DNA of 64,000 nucleotides, from contig CP068257.2 in assembly GCA_009914755.4 (NCBI GenBank), positions 43,392,001-43,456,000 of the forward strand, given 5' to 3'. A program made the position numbers and the translations under genes. Position 1 is the first letter of the stretch. Each line of letters opens with the position of its first letter. This document shows positions 1 through 13,880 of this stretch, piece after piece. The notes under the pieces are model-generated. The model ran no database searches and was not told the origin of the DNA. It saw only the letters and a program-made list of their open reading frames with translations. The stretch comes from the human T2T-CHM13v2.0 reference genome, Homo sapiens.

Positions 1-3000
1 CTGCAGCTGTGCTCAGCTACGCTCCAGGGCTGCGCTGATTTCCGCTGTCAGTGACTTAAGCCAGCGTCCACGGCCAATCAGCACAGCACTTCTGCCTGCT
101 GCCTGCTGGGTTCAGACCAGGCTGGGTCTGGTCCCTGACGGAGGATGCAGTTCTCATCCTTCAAGCACAAGCCTACAGGCAGCCCCTTGTCACCGAGCGT
201 GACCCTGCCTCAAGGCCTCCTCCTCCCTCTCTTGAGTGAGTGGAGCAGAGCTGGCCGTGGCCTCCCTGCCTCCGCTGAGCCCACCACCAGTGGGTTTTGT
301 TCGGGGCTAATGAGGCGCGGGAAAGGCGGAAGGTGCCGGCGTGACAGCTCAGAAGATGGAACTAATGAGACCTTGTTGCTGGACAAAGGTGGCATTCAGG
401 GTGTCCTTTTGGCCTCGGCCCCCGACTCCCAAACGGGCCCCTCTAATCACAGATGGTTCCCGGACCTGTCCCAGCAAAGGGTCCTGAAGCCCCGGCTTTG
501 CTGTGCAGAGGCTCCTCCCAACCTGGGTTTAGCCAGGCGCCTCCTCGCCTGCCCCACCCCCTGCATCTGGTCACCTCACCCCTCCAGGCGCAGTTTTGAT
601 GGAGAAAACCAGACGCTGTGGGAGCCCAGGCCGGCGTCTGAAGTCCGAGGTTCCAGGGGCCACAGAGCCCCGGCCTGGACTCACAGGGGAACTCCCTCAC
701 GGCAGGTGGGCCTCCTGGGTCTTTGTCTTCCTCATCAATTGGCAATAGCTAATCAGTGGTGGATTTCTGCAGGTTTGGCAGCTGCTGCTCCATTTGAAAC
801 AGCTTAAATGAGCTAAGAGCCAACTCAGCGGGTAAAACTGTAATCAGTGTACAAACAAATTGCACTTTCATTTAGTACATAAAGCACGGTAATGTTATGA
901 GTGGATCAGAACTCACACGATTCAAGTTTACATTCAGAAGCCAGCAAAGCCGCTTTAGAATTACAAAGGGCAAGTTCCCAAGAGGTCTTGCTGAAATCTC
1001 AGCCTCTCCCCAAATGTTCATTTCCCACTTCCAACAACTCTCTAGAGTTTTGATGTGTGAATTGCCGAAACTTTTTAGGGCATTGCTTCTCCTGCTCCAG
1101 CAAGTGTGAGTCACTGAGTCCTGTGAAAATGCAGAATCGGATTCTGGCCTGGAGGGACCGTGTGTCTCTGAGCGTCTCACAGGGGTGCTGGTGCAGCCAC
1201 ACCATGCCCAGCATAGGCGCGCTGATCCTGAAAGCCCTTTGTGTCCTGGAAGCCCCTCCTGTTCGTGAAGGTTTGGAGAGAGGAGAAGGAAGTCCTGGGT
1301 TCCAGGGGCGGGGGGGCAGGGCGGGGTGCTGCAGACCAGGGGCAGCTGCGAGGGTCTCAGGGTGCAAAGCCATTCCCAGGGAACTGCAGACCTCACCGGG
1401 GCAGCCTGGCCTGCAGGGAGGTCCCAGGGGAGGCGACTGTGCTGGGCCAGGAAACCGCCTTCTCCTTCAGTGGAACACAATCCACACTCATGGCGGAAAA
1501 CACAGGAAATCCATAAAGACGCAAAAGGAAGCCACGAACACTCTCATTTATTTAAAATTGGACAACTTATTTGAAATTGTCTATAAGGCAGACATATCTG
1601 AGACGCCAGATGGGGGCTGAGCGTACCGAGTAAAGAGGGGCTGACCCCAGACTTCTGATAGACAGGAAAACAGCAGTTCCCCTAAACCTCTGGGGCCCGG
1701 GCCCCCGACACACAGGCTCCTCAGTACTCTCTAAAGTATGCAAGGAGCTCGCTTGAGCACCAGGGGCAAGAACCCAAGAATCTGGGGCTCCTGGTGCCTG
1801 AGACTCTGAAGGTTGGGGTGCATGAGACCAGGCTTCTCCCACCTCAAACCGAACAGCCTCAGAGGACGGGGTCAGAGGCTGGGGGCCAGGGTCTCTGTGG
1901 AACCTGAAGGAACGGAGAGAGGGAGGGAGAGAAGCACCTGAGCCCTTCCCAGCAGGCAGGGCTCCAGCCCTGTGACCCACCCGTGCCCTCAGCTCCAGCC
2001 AGGGCGGGGGCTCATCGGCCCCTGCCCGGAGCTCCCCCACAGTTTACAGGGCACACAATTACCATCCCCACCCAGCAGGAGCCGGAGTAGAGAAGCAGAA
2101 ATCCTTCCTTTGTTAATCATTTTCCATCAGAACTTCGTTTTGGCTTGGAAAGTAGGCCACGGCCAGGCTGCGGGGGGTGGGGAGGCCTGGACCCCCACGC
2201 GGCTGCTCTGAGCTCAGAAGGGTCAGCCGCCCAGTTGGAAGCGTTTTATTTTCTAACTCAAATACGTATTTATAGCAGAAGAGAGATGCTCCAAGGACGG
2301 GCTCCCTCCTGCCAGGAGCTGGAGCAACCCGGCCACTGTGCACACAGCTCTGGGGGAACGTCGCCTCACTGCCTGTCCTTGCCCCAGGCCCCTGCAGTGA
2401 CAGACGGGGGCTGGCTTTTCCCCGAGTGAAAGTTGTCAGAACCAAAATGGAGACACTTGTGCTAGAACCCTGGCAACGGAGCCGGAGGTGGCCACGAAGG
2501 GGGTTCTCACACACGAATGCCTGATAACAAGAACGGAAAGACTGTGAAAAAATCCACAACCTGGCACAAAGGCTGCTGCAACCTCGCACAGAAATTGCTC
2601 TGGAGGACATCGAGGTGCCAGGTGCTGCTGTCCAATCACACCTGGAGCCTCCCTTGCTGCTGGTCTTGGGGAGGCGGGCTCCAGCTCGAAAGGAGGCACA
2701 CAAAACTGCTGGGAAACGGGCCGGGCAGGCAGGGGCGGGGCCGGGCGGGTGAGGACATGGCTTCTGTGCGCACGGCCCGGCGCGATGGCTGGTGTGGACC
2801 CCTACCTTTGGAACACGTGGGGCCAGGCCGAGGGGGTTCCGCCACGTCTCCTGGGCAGAGCGCCAGCCTCAGTCACCGTGTCACTGTGTGTCCCTCCACA
2901 CCCCGAGTCCTGGCAAACCAAGGCAGTGCAGGAGGACGCCTGGTGCCCAGGGTGATGGACATGGGTAGCACATGGGCCCCATGTGTCCGGGAGCCTGGGG

Positions 3001-3014
3001 CCTGGTGCACCAGG

Positions 3015-3196
3015 TCTCAGCTCCTTCCCACCGTGGGTTCTGGGCCAGTTGCAGGCAGAGAACAGAGCGGGTGCCTGGCTCAAGCCGGCCAGTGTCTCCC
3101 CCATGTCTCAGCTCCTTCCCACCGTGGGTTCTGGGCCAGTTGCAGGCAGAGAACAGAGCGGGTGCCTGGCTCAAGCCGGCCAGTGTCTCCCCCATG
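3015..3196. repeat. Perfect tandem duplication, 91-bp unit x2 (copy 1 3015-3105, copy 2 3106-3196)
   Basis: Unit tctcagctccttcccaccgtgggttctgggccagttgcaggcagagaacagagcgggtgcctggctcaagccggccagtgtctcccccatg read twice back-to-back with no mismatches. Confidence 0.9.
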
Positions 3197-4802
3197 TCTG
3201 AGCCCAAGACCCGAGACACGGCCCCCACTGAGACTGGGGGTGGCTCTGGGCACCAATCTCGTGTGTGGGGGCCCCCCACCGCCCACCCCCGCCCAGTCTC
3301 CAGGGGTTGTCTGGGGCACTTTGCCCTCCCCAAGGCCCCCCACGCCCATTCCTCTTTGAGCCCCGTGCCCCTGAGTGTGCCGGGCAGTCCCTGGGAGCCC
3401 TGTGGTGATGGCAGCCACACCTCCCGGCCCTGCTCAGAGTCAGGGGTGCCCTTCAGGATGGGCTAGCCGCAGCCCATGGACCCTGCCTCCTGGGGGGCCG
3501 CCCCCCAACACGCTTCACCGCCGCCGCGCCCTGCCCCCGGGGCAGCTTTCAGGACTGTTTGTCACCAAGGCCAGTGGTTGCAAAACAAGTGGGGCCTGAA
3601 TTTATAGGAACTTAGAATTTCTCCAGGGCAGAAGGTTGAATAAATGCAGGGGAACGTCAGGGGCAGATGAGGGGAACGTCAGTGGCAGAGCTGACGCGGG
3701 TTCCCTCCCTCTCTCCTGGCCGTGGACCCTCGCTTGCAGAGAGGGGCCGGCCCGCGCACCCCCGGCTTCCGAAGCTTGTCTCCAGTGACTTATTCTCGTC
3801 TGTGCAGCGGCCAATTCTGAGTTTGGGGCAGGAGCCCTGGGTGGCCCCTCAGATCCCTGCAGGCGTCCCTCGAGTCCGCCGGCCCTGTCTGCCGGAGCAG
3901 CTGGGCTTTGCTCTTCGCAGATAAAGCTCCTGGCACCCGTTCCATGCTCCTCGGGTTTGTTCTTTATTTTAAATCCTTTAAAGTAAAAATCTCTGTCTCT
4001 CTCCCTCCGTCTTTCTCTCTCTCATTATCAACTTTTCTGCTCTCAGAAGCCCTTTTGATCTGGAGCCTTGAGATGCTCTGTCACTTAGAGACAAGCCCCC
4101 TGCTTCTCTTTTTGACTTCTGTCCTTCCCTGTCCGTCCTCTCCCACGTGGCCCTCAGTGGCCCCGCTAACCTGGCCCTGGCCCTGGCTTCCAGGTCTCTT
4201 GGCTGGCCTTTTGCATTCATCACTTTACATTTTTCCATTTTGAGTCCCAGGAAGATTTATCAACTTCTCCTCAAATTCCCGAGTTCACCACCAGAAACCA
4301 AAGTTGCCGTTTCATTTTCGGGCTGTTGCCACGAGACCTGCAGGCTCCAGCACCCACGAGGCCCATGGCCACTGGGAGGGACATTGGTGTTCCCAGGGTG
4401 TGAGGGCACCTTGGCCGGCATGGCGGGGACACGGGGTCATGCCCACCATGCTGGTTCTGCTGATGCCATGGGCCTCTGAGTACTCACTGCCCTGGGTGTG
4501 CGGGGCTCGGTGCGGGGAAGAAGAAAGTTTAGCACGAGCGATCGGGGTGGCCAAGAGCCTGGCATGCACAGCCCTGTTCGGGAGCAGTGTCTGTTTTCTT
4601 GTCTGAGCAGTGCTTTGCAGTGGGATTTGCAGCCGCAAAAGTTCTTGGCTAAGACGCTTGTGTCTTAGGAAATGTTGGGTTGCACGTTTATTTTTAGCTT
4701 CAGGAATGTGACACTTGATATTATTTGGGTTTTTGAGAGGGCCAATCCTGGAACACTCTTGCCTAAAAGTGAAGGTGACAGCTCCACATTGGAAGATGCA
4801 AG

Positions 4803-4900
4803 CTGTCCTGCTCTATCCTGCTCTGTCCTGTCCTGCTCTATCCTGCTCTGTCCTGTCCTGTCCTGTCCTGTCCTGCTCTGTCCTGTCCTGCTCTGTCCTG
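4803..4900. repeat. Simple pentanucleotide-like repeat (CTGTC/CTGCT)n, about 100 bp
   Basis: Run of ctgtcctgtcctgctctgtcctg... directly visible. ORFs 4672..4947 and 4715..4951 (LSCPVLSCSVLSC...) are its translation. Confidence 0.85.
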
Positions 4901-6610
4901 CCAGGGTGGGAGTCACGGTCGCACATCCTCTCACTCTCAGGGCCTGAGTAGCTGGGAGGCAGGGAAGGGACCATCGGGGAGGGGCCGCAGGGGTCCTGGC
5001 GGGTGCCTGGCTGGCCCAGGGTGGCTCAGGGACAGGCGGTGCGGAGGACGTGCGTTCTGGGGTGTGCAGAAGGTGGAGGTGGGAGGGCTTATTGGGGATT
5101 AGAGGTGGTGCAAGATAAAGATAGGGGTCAGGAAGGGCTCCAGACTCCGGCCTGAGCCACAGGAGGCCGGGGTGGCATCAGCTGAGCCCCAAGCCCACAG
5201 GAGACAGCCCTGACATATGGGTCGGGGGGCTCAAGGTGTCTCTAACAGTCCAACAGCAACACAGTGGCTCCGAGGAGGTGGACGTCTGAGTGGCTGCTCC
5301 AGGCTGCCGGGCAGCCCTGCTCCTCTTACCTCAGGGCCAGGCCTCCTCCGCCTTGATGTCTCCCCTGGAAACCCCAGGACCACATCCAAAGAGCAGAGCT
5401 TTGGGAAAGGGGAAAGAGAGCATGGAGGGGTCAACTCAACCACAGGGTCCTCAGGGGCCCTCCCGGTCACGATCCTCATCGTGGGAGCAGCCCTGCCCCA
5501 CCCTCCACAGGCAGGTGACCTGGAGGGGTTTGCTGTTCCATGGAAGAGCCCCTGGGTGCTGAGCATGCATCTGAAGTTCAAGGGCGAGCCTGGGCTACAG
5601 GAGGATCTGTGGGCATCCATGCTGGGAGGGAAGCGTGGAGACAGGGGCCGTGGGACATCTTCCTGGATTTCAGAGGGAAAAGCCTCCCCAAGCTGCTGCC
5701 CTTGCTGTGGGAAGGAGAATTTACCTGTGTCCTGTGGCCAGCAGGGACTACTTGTGAGGTCGGTGGAGTTGTTGGGCCACACCCCGGTCATTGCAACCTT
5801 GGTACCCAAGGCAGCTCTTCCCTGGGAGGCCTCCTGAGCCCTTCAGCCCTGATACGTTTTGCACATTCTTAAAACACCTTAGCTGTGGCATGCGGGTCCT
5901 ACACTCCCCCAACCCTGTCGTCTATCAGTGACACGTCTACCCCTTTGATTGATGTCCTCAGCCCTGGGCCTCCGAGTTCAGCGTCTTCATGTCCCAGCAG
6001 CCAGCCCTGAGGCAGGTGCATGAGAGGCCCTTGGTACATGCTTGTGCAGTTGAATTTTTAAAAATGAGTGTGGCCCCCTCGGAAGTTCATGGAATAAAAC
6101 TGTTATCTGGGGGTGGGGGGTGATTTGTTTGAGGCTATTTAGTGGCAGAGTTGGAATTTAAACCATGATTTTTCTACTAAACAATTCTAAATTGCCTCTC
6201 AGGCACTGTTGGGAATGGGGACTGGGTTCTCCCAGATACTTAATGCTTTAGAGCTGGAAGAATTTTCAAAAATTATAGTTAACTGAATTTTGAAGAGGTC
6301 CATGGAGATACCAGATTTGTGTCACAAGAAGGGAGTTTTCCAAAGAAAAGGAGCAACTGGAGAGCAAGAAAGAGTCTGAGATTTGAAATGTGATTTTCAA
6401 ATTCAATGGGAAGCCTGGAATTCAATGGGCACCCTGGAAGATAAAGAGGAAGAAATTTCCTAAAATGCAGAGAAAATAGACAAATACATGGGCATATGAA
6501 AGAAAACTTAAGAAGTACAGAGGCTTAATCCAGGCACTCCAGACACCACCTAATAAAAGTTCCAGGATGATAAAATAGAAAACTTGAGTGAGGAACTACT
6601 AAAATAATTA

Positions 6611-6803
<193 letters not shown>

Positions 6804-6957
6804 AATAAGAGAAAATTTCCCAGGGTTGAAGAATTGCAGTCAGTCTGAAAGACCCAAAGTGTCCTAAACAGGATGAAGGACAGGGCACCGTACCTGGCAC
6901 ACCTGCTAAAATGTCAGACTATCAAACATAAAGAGAAAATCCTAAAAGCCCAGCAAG

Positions 6958-7095
6958 AGAAAGAACAAGCTACCACAGAGGCATGAGGATCACACTGGCA
7001 TTTGGCTTCTTGTTGCTGATGTTAGAAGAACAAGCTACTACAGAGGCATGAGAACCACACTGGCATTTGGCTTCTCATTGGTGTTGCTGATGTTA
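6958..7095. repeat. Tandem duplication, about 64-69 bp unit x2, diverged
   Basis: aagaacaagctaccacagaggcatgaggatcacactggcatttggcttcttgttgctgatgtt is followed by a near-copy aagaacaagctactacagaggcatgagaaccacactggcatttggcttctcattggtgttgctgatgtt. Confidence 0.7.
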
Positions 7096-7250
7096 GGTGT
7101 CTATGCAAGGAGCCTGTAAGCTTCTGAAAAATGATGATTTAGAGCTGAGAATTCTATACCCAGCTAAACAGTCCATCAAAACTGACAGTGAAGTTGAAAC
7201 AGATTCAGACGTGCAAGAACTCAGAACATGCACTTCCTGGGTTAAAAAAA

Positions 7251-7296
7251 ATTTTTTTTTGAGATAGGGTCTTGCCCTGTTTCCCAGGCTGGAATT
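7251..7296 (-). mobile_element. Short Alu 3'-end fragment (minus orientation)
   Basis: ttttttttttgagatagggtcttgccctgtttcccaggctggaatt resembles the reverse complement of an Alu 3' end preceded by poly-T. Confidence 0.4.
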
Positions 7297-7973
7297 TGGA
7301 AATTGGCTTGGATGTAATTGCAGATGGGCCAGGATTGCTCGAGTCATCATTGCCCTTTTGTCTTCCTGGAAAGCACCCGCCAGCAGTACGAAGGAGAAAC
7401 ACATATACAGACTCCCTCATCCAGAAACCGAGAAACTGGGAATTGCCCAGGCCTCCAGGTGGTGGGGAGGAAGGGCAGGAGGGAGAGACTAACACAGAGA
7501 GAGAGGGTCCCATAGGGGTATTTCTCAAGGGTGGGGCCATTGAGGGGGAAGAGTGGGGAGGCTGCAAACAAGGACCCACATGCAGTGGCCATGGCTCTGA
7601 GTCAGGGAAGAAGTGCCAGAGGAGAAATGGACACACAGGAGTGGCCAGGATCGTTTTTTAAGGAGGTGCATCTGAAACATGTTATGAAGCCTCCTTATCG
7701 AAGCAGCTCGGGAGGCTGGATGAAGACAGTAGTTGGGGCAACAGAGCAAATGGTGCAGACGCTGCCCAGATCCACACGGAGCCCCGTCTGTGCTCCAGGG
7801 GGAATGAGTGGTGGGCTGGGCACCTGGAGAAAACCGTTGGTTGACTTTATTCATTGTCGTACAGCAGGGTGGATTCCAGTGATTCATGTAGGTAATAGTT
7901 AAAAATAACTTCTCAAAGGCGTTCTCTAAGAATGGGAATGTTCTTTAAAACTTTAGCTGGGAAAGTCTTTTTA

Positions 7974-8139
7974 GTTTTTTTTTTTTTAATTTTTAAATTT
8001 AAAGTTAGAAATGGTGGGCCGGTGGGGGAGGGTCTCACCATCTTGCCCAGGCTGGTCTTGAGCTCCTAGGCTGAAGCGATTCTCCCACCTCTAACTCCTA
8101 AAGTGCTGGGCTTACAGGCGTGAGCCACCATGCCTGGCC
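7974..8139 (-). mobile_element. Alu-derived fragment (left monomer plus A-rich linker, minus orientation)
   Basis: gggtctcaccatcttgcccaggctggtcttgagctcctaggctgaagcgattctcccacctctaactcctaaagtgctgggcttacaggcgtgagccaccatgcctggcc, preceded by a T-rich run. Confidence 0.7.
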
Positions 8140-8704
8140 AGAAAAAGTCTTTTTAAACAGTGATGTGAAACGCAGAAGCTCTGAGAGGCTAATAAATTTG
8201 ACTACAGAAAAATAAAACAGTTTCTGCAAAAGCTGTTGGAACTGTATTCAGGAGACAAACTAAGGTGGGCACCTCATCTCACAGGCAAGAGCCTGGCTCC
8301 CCTCATGTAGAAAGAGCTCCTGGAACTCAGGAAGGAAAAGCGACCAATGGGAAGAGGGAGAAAGACAATGACAGGGACACATCTGCCCCATGGAAGACAT
8401 CGACATCCCCCAACACAGAACCCTGGACCTCGAGTGTGGCCTTCTAAGGGTCTTTGCTGCAGAGCCCACCAGATGTGCCTGTGAGGCTGGCTGGAAACCG
8501 CCAAATGCCCAGGGCCAGCACCCAAGAAAAGAGGGAAGAGACGCGTGCACACAGTTCCCCTGGGAAGACAGACAAAATCCTGAAACTATGACGGCCTGCA
8601 GCATGCAGATGCTGGCGGCGGGGGTAGGGAAACCCCCAAGCTTTTTGTTTGTGAACCTGTGTAAAGGTATTATCTACTTTAAAATTCATTTCTTAAAAAG
8701 AAAT

Positions 8705-9037
<333 letters not shown>

Positions 9038-9228
9038 TTAGAGAGAGACCTGGGCACCCCGGGAAGTGGAACTGAGGCAGATGGGACACAGGATGAGGAC
9101 TGCTTTCAATTTTCTGTACTTTTATTTTTATAGTTTGAGTGTTTGTGATTACTTTTATTCCTTAAAATCTCATTTTGGCTCTTATGTTTGTAATTTTGTA
9201 ATTTAAAAAAGTAAATGGGGTAGAACTA

Positions 9229-9750
<522 letters not shown>

Positions 9751-12270
9751 AAAAAAGAACAGTATCTGAAATATATTTCTGATTAATAGAGGAACTGAAA
9801 ATAAGGGCTAACATTTAAAAATTCCTGAGACTGAGGAGGGGAAGGAGGAGTGAGTGGTGTAAAAATGCCAACATTTTATTATTCATAGTGGAGAGGCCAA
9901 AGTGAGGAGGGAAAAGCATTTACAATTTACCAAAAGGAAAAAAAGGAAAGAAAATGAATACCTGCTTATTTTAAAATTATTGCTACTGTTTAAAATCACA
10001 GGTATTTTTTTAATTTAAAAAAGGATAAAATAAAAAAGGGAGACCAGGCCCATGTGGGGGCCTCACAGGCAGCCTCTTCCCAGCAACACAATTGCACCCT
10101 GCACCCCAGCCATCTAGGGGCACCTGGCAAGCTGTGGAGCAGCCCTAGGACTGGCGGGTGGGCAGAGGGTCCGTTGTTATCAGGGGCTGGGGGAAGCCCC
10201 CAGGGGTGCCTGTGCCCCTGAAGGGTTCATGGGGCCTTGGTGACTGGGAAGGGACCTTCTGTGCCCCAGGATGGTCCACCTCATGCAGGAGCCCTGTAGC
10301 CCTGGGTGTGCTGGGGGCAGTGTCCTGGGGGCCTGGGGGGTCCCTGGGCGATGCTGGGCTCTGCACAGGGAAGGCCATGAGTGGGGGATGCTCTTGGGGG
10401 ATGATGGGAGGACACTCTGTGGGGTTCTCTTGAGAGGGGTGCTCCCAGAGACGCTCCTGGGGGCATCTGGAGGTTGCTCCCGCTGGGAGTTCCTGGAGTG
10501 CCCCTGAGGGCCCCCTTAGGCCAAGGTCAGGCACAGGCATGGGGCTATGGCTACAGGCAGGAGAGAGGGTGGCGGGGGGGCCACCGTCCTCTGTGGACCC
10601 TTCAGTGCCAGCCATGCTGCTGCTGCTGCTGTGGGGTGAGGCCCACCAGGGTTGACAGCAGGGCACTGAGTCCCCTCCAGGCAATGCACATCCTTCCCTT
10701 CAGCTCACTGCTCTGTTTGCCGGGCAGGTCACCTGTTGACCTCTCCGGCTGCAGGCCCGCCTGTCCCTGGGCACTGTCCCCTTCTGTGTGGAGTTCCCCT
10801 GGCCCCCTGTCCTGGACCCATGGCCCCTACCTGGTGCCTGTGAGGGCACCTGATAGGCCAGGGCCCAGGGATGACTCCCCTCCACCCCGCAGCATCAGGA
10901 CCCTTCAGGGCTGCCACCTCCTGGGAGCCCTCTGTCCTTCGCAGAAGGAGCCCAAGGCCCATGTGCTGCTGGGGATAGGCTCCCCAGGGTCCCTTCAAGG
11001 TGGTGGGGGAGGCTGGCTTGGGGGACCTGCCCCAGCAGCTCCACCTTTACCAGATGTATATGTTGGGGTAAGATTTTGTTTGAGAAAAAAAAGAGTTTTT
11101 ATGGCTAAATGTTAAAAGGGTGAACGTGCTGAAGCCGGAGGGGTGGAGAGCAGGACACGGGCTGACCTCGGGGTGGGAGGCCGGCGCTTCCAGGAACCGC
11201 CTGAGCTGTGAGGGCACACAGGCAGGCTGAGGGCCGGCTGAGCCACCTGGGCACCAGTGGCCAGGCCTGGGTGCTGAGGAGTCCCTTGCTTCTGCTTCAC
11301 GGGGCGTCTAGAAAGTGCATCTGAGGCTGGCGTCCCGCGCCAGCACGGGGGTCTCTCTCCTCCTGGATGTCTGCGTGGTGATGAAGGTGGAAACAGCCCC
11401 CAGGGCAGCTCCTGTTACTTTAAGGCCCTACACATGTTCATTTGCAGCCTGAGGTTTTCTGTCTAAATTCACATTTTGCAGTTTCACTGAGTTACTTTCA
11501 TTCATTTTTACATTTACATACAGCAGTGATCTCCATGCCTGCCACTTTCGAGGCTTCTCCAAGGGCTTTGTTATTTTGTTCTCAGAGAAATCAAAAACAG
11601 CAGAGACACAAATGTTGAAAAGTTTCATTTTCTGGTCTTCTCTGAGTGCCCGCCCCCCCACCAACCCCCCAGGGTTTCTGGGAAGAAGAAGAAAAAAATG
11701 ACAGAATTATTCGTGATTGGGAAATCACTTGGCTGTGGCGGGTGTGGAAGCTCCCCAGTGTCCGGAGCTCCCTGTGTGGAAAGTTTTGTGGTGTGTGTGC
11801 CGTGCCCTTTCTGGAGGGTTACACAACCCAGGACGGACGCGGTGGGGGCACAGAGGGAATGACACTCCCTTCCCAAACACTCAGAAGACAGAAGAAGACG
11901 GGAGCCGGTGCAGCCCAGGCTCCCTGCCCTGCCGAGACCTGACCGTGCCTGGCCAGCCCCTGCCCCAGCCCCAAGGGACTCCCACGAGGACACCAGATCC
12001 TCCGGGGGTGGAGGAGCCCTGCGGTGCCTGTGCGGAGGGGCCTGAGGCTGGAGGAGGCCTAGAGGGCTGATCCTGCCTTTGCCCCACCATTCTGATGTTT
12101 TGTTCGATGTGGACGTTTTGCATTCACTTAGATTCTGCAAAATCTTGCGTTAAAATATGACTTATCTTGATTCCTGAATTTTTCCATGCCTTTTGTACCT
12201 GAGGGGACTGTCACACTCACCTAAGCCCTACCCAGGCCCTAGTGGGTCAGAAGGCGGGAGTACAGTATCT

Positions 12271-13014
12271 CTGTGTGTGTGTGCATATGTGTAGTGTGTG
12301 GTGTGCTTGTGTGTGTTTATGTGGCATGTTGTATGTATGTGTGGTGTGCATGTGTCTGTGGGTGTGTGTGTGCGTTTGTCATATGGGTGTGTACGTGGTG
12401 TGTGTGTGTGCTGTGGGGACGTATGGTGTGTGTGTAACGTGTGTGGTTTATATGTGTGTGATTTATATATGTGTGTATGTGTGTAATGTGTGTGGTTTAT
12501 ACGTGTGTGATTTACGTATGTGTGGGGTGTGTGGTTTATATGTGTGTGTATGATGTGTGTAGTTTATATATGTGTGTATGTGTGTGATGTGTGTGGTTTA
12601 TATGTGTGTGTGGTGTGTATGCGTGATGTGTGTATGTAGTGTGTGTAATGTGTGTGTAGTGTGTGTGGGGTGTGTGTGTAGTGTGTGTTGTGTGTGTGTG
12701 GTGTATGTGTGTGGTGTGTGTGTGTGATGTGTGTGTAATGTGTGTGGTGTATGTGTGTGGTGTGTGTGTGATGTGTGTATGTAGTGTGTAATGTGTGTGT
12801 AGTGTGTGGGGGGGTGTGTAGTGTGTGTTGTGTGTGTGGTGTGTGTGTGGTGTGTGTGTGAGATGTGTGTGTGTACTGTGTGTAATGTGTGTGTAGTGTG
12901 TGTGTGGTGTGTGTGTGGTGTGTCTGTAGTGTGTGTTGTGTGTGTGTGGTGTGTGTGTGGTGTGTGTGTGGTGTGTCTGTAGTGTGTGTTGTGTGTGTGT
13001 GGTGTGTGTGTGGT
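12271..13014. repeat. Long imperfect (TG)n / (TGTGTGG)n-type microsatellite-minisatellite tract, about 740 bp
   Basis: Nearly continuous gtgtgtgtgt interspersed with gtgtgg, atgtgt and tagtgtgtg. ORF 12598..13341- (HTHTTHT...) and ORFs 12242..12553+ and 12889..13314+ (CVCVC...) are its translations. Confidence 0.9.
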
Positions 13015-13880
13015 GGCTACAGCCTGGCTGAAGGTTGGAGTGTGAGAAGGCGGTGTAGGAGAAGCCATGTGAGTTCTGCCTGCTTCCGCATTGCCCTCAG
13101 CGCAGGGTCCTGGCCTTGGGAGTCCCAGCACAGTCCCTCTGGGTGTGGAGACAAACGGGTGGGCTTGCTTGGCTCCAGGTATCTGCCGGCCCTCCCCATC
13201 CCACCCCCCAGGGCTACAGAGTGGGGACAACCTGTGGGTGCTCCCCGAGGCTGCCCAAGGGCAGCCTGGAGGAGGGGAAGGCCCCGCTCCAGGTGGCCAC
13301 AAACGCAGGTCTGAGGCTCTTGCACAAACCCCACAGCGCACACAGGTAACACATCACGGCATGCACGAGTCACACAAACACGGCCGCAATGCTGGGCACT
13401 GCAGGGCGGGGCATGCCGATGGGGCTGCACTGGGTGGGTGTGAAGCATCAGGCCTGGGCTGGCGGCTGTGGCTGTGCTGTGGGACATCGCTTTCTTGGGG
13501 GATGCATGTTGAGAGTGTGAGAGGGAGTGTCCTGATGTCTGCACCTTACTTTAAGTGGCTCGGCAAAAAAACCTAAAGCGCATGTGTGTGTGTGTTTATA
13601 GACAGAGAGCAAAATATACAAAGGTGTTTAAAATGGGTGAATCTGGGTGCAGGGCACACAGCTGTTCATTGTACTATTTGCTCAACTTTCCTGTGAGCTT
13701 GAAATTTTTCAAAGTAGAAAATTTAGTTTTAAGAAATCCATAAACGAGGCTATATTTTTATTTATGTGATTCTAATACCCTAATTTTAAAAAAGAAAAGA
13801 AAGTTTCCATTCCCGACTGAAAAATACCTGTGGATGAAGAGGCATGAAGACACCCCCTTCCTCCAGGGCCCGATGTGAGC

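Noticed and set aside
88-97. CCAAT-box-like ggccaatcag near the start of the window
   Set aside because: It is an isolated motif with no CpG island, TATA or downstream exon evidence, and is not reportable as a promoter.
12242-13341. ORFs 12598..13341- (HTHTTHTPHTHH...), 12242..12553+ and 12889..13314+ (CVCVCVWCV...)
   Set aside because: These are direct translations of the (TG)n/(CA)n compound repeat.
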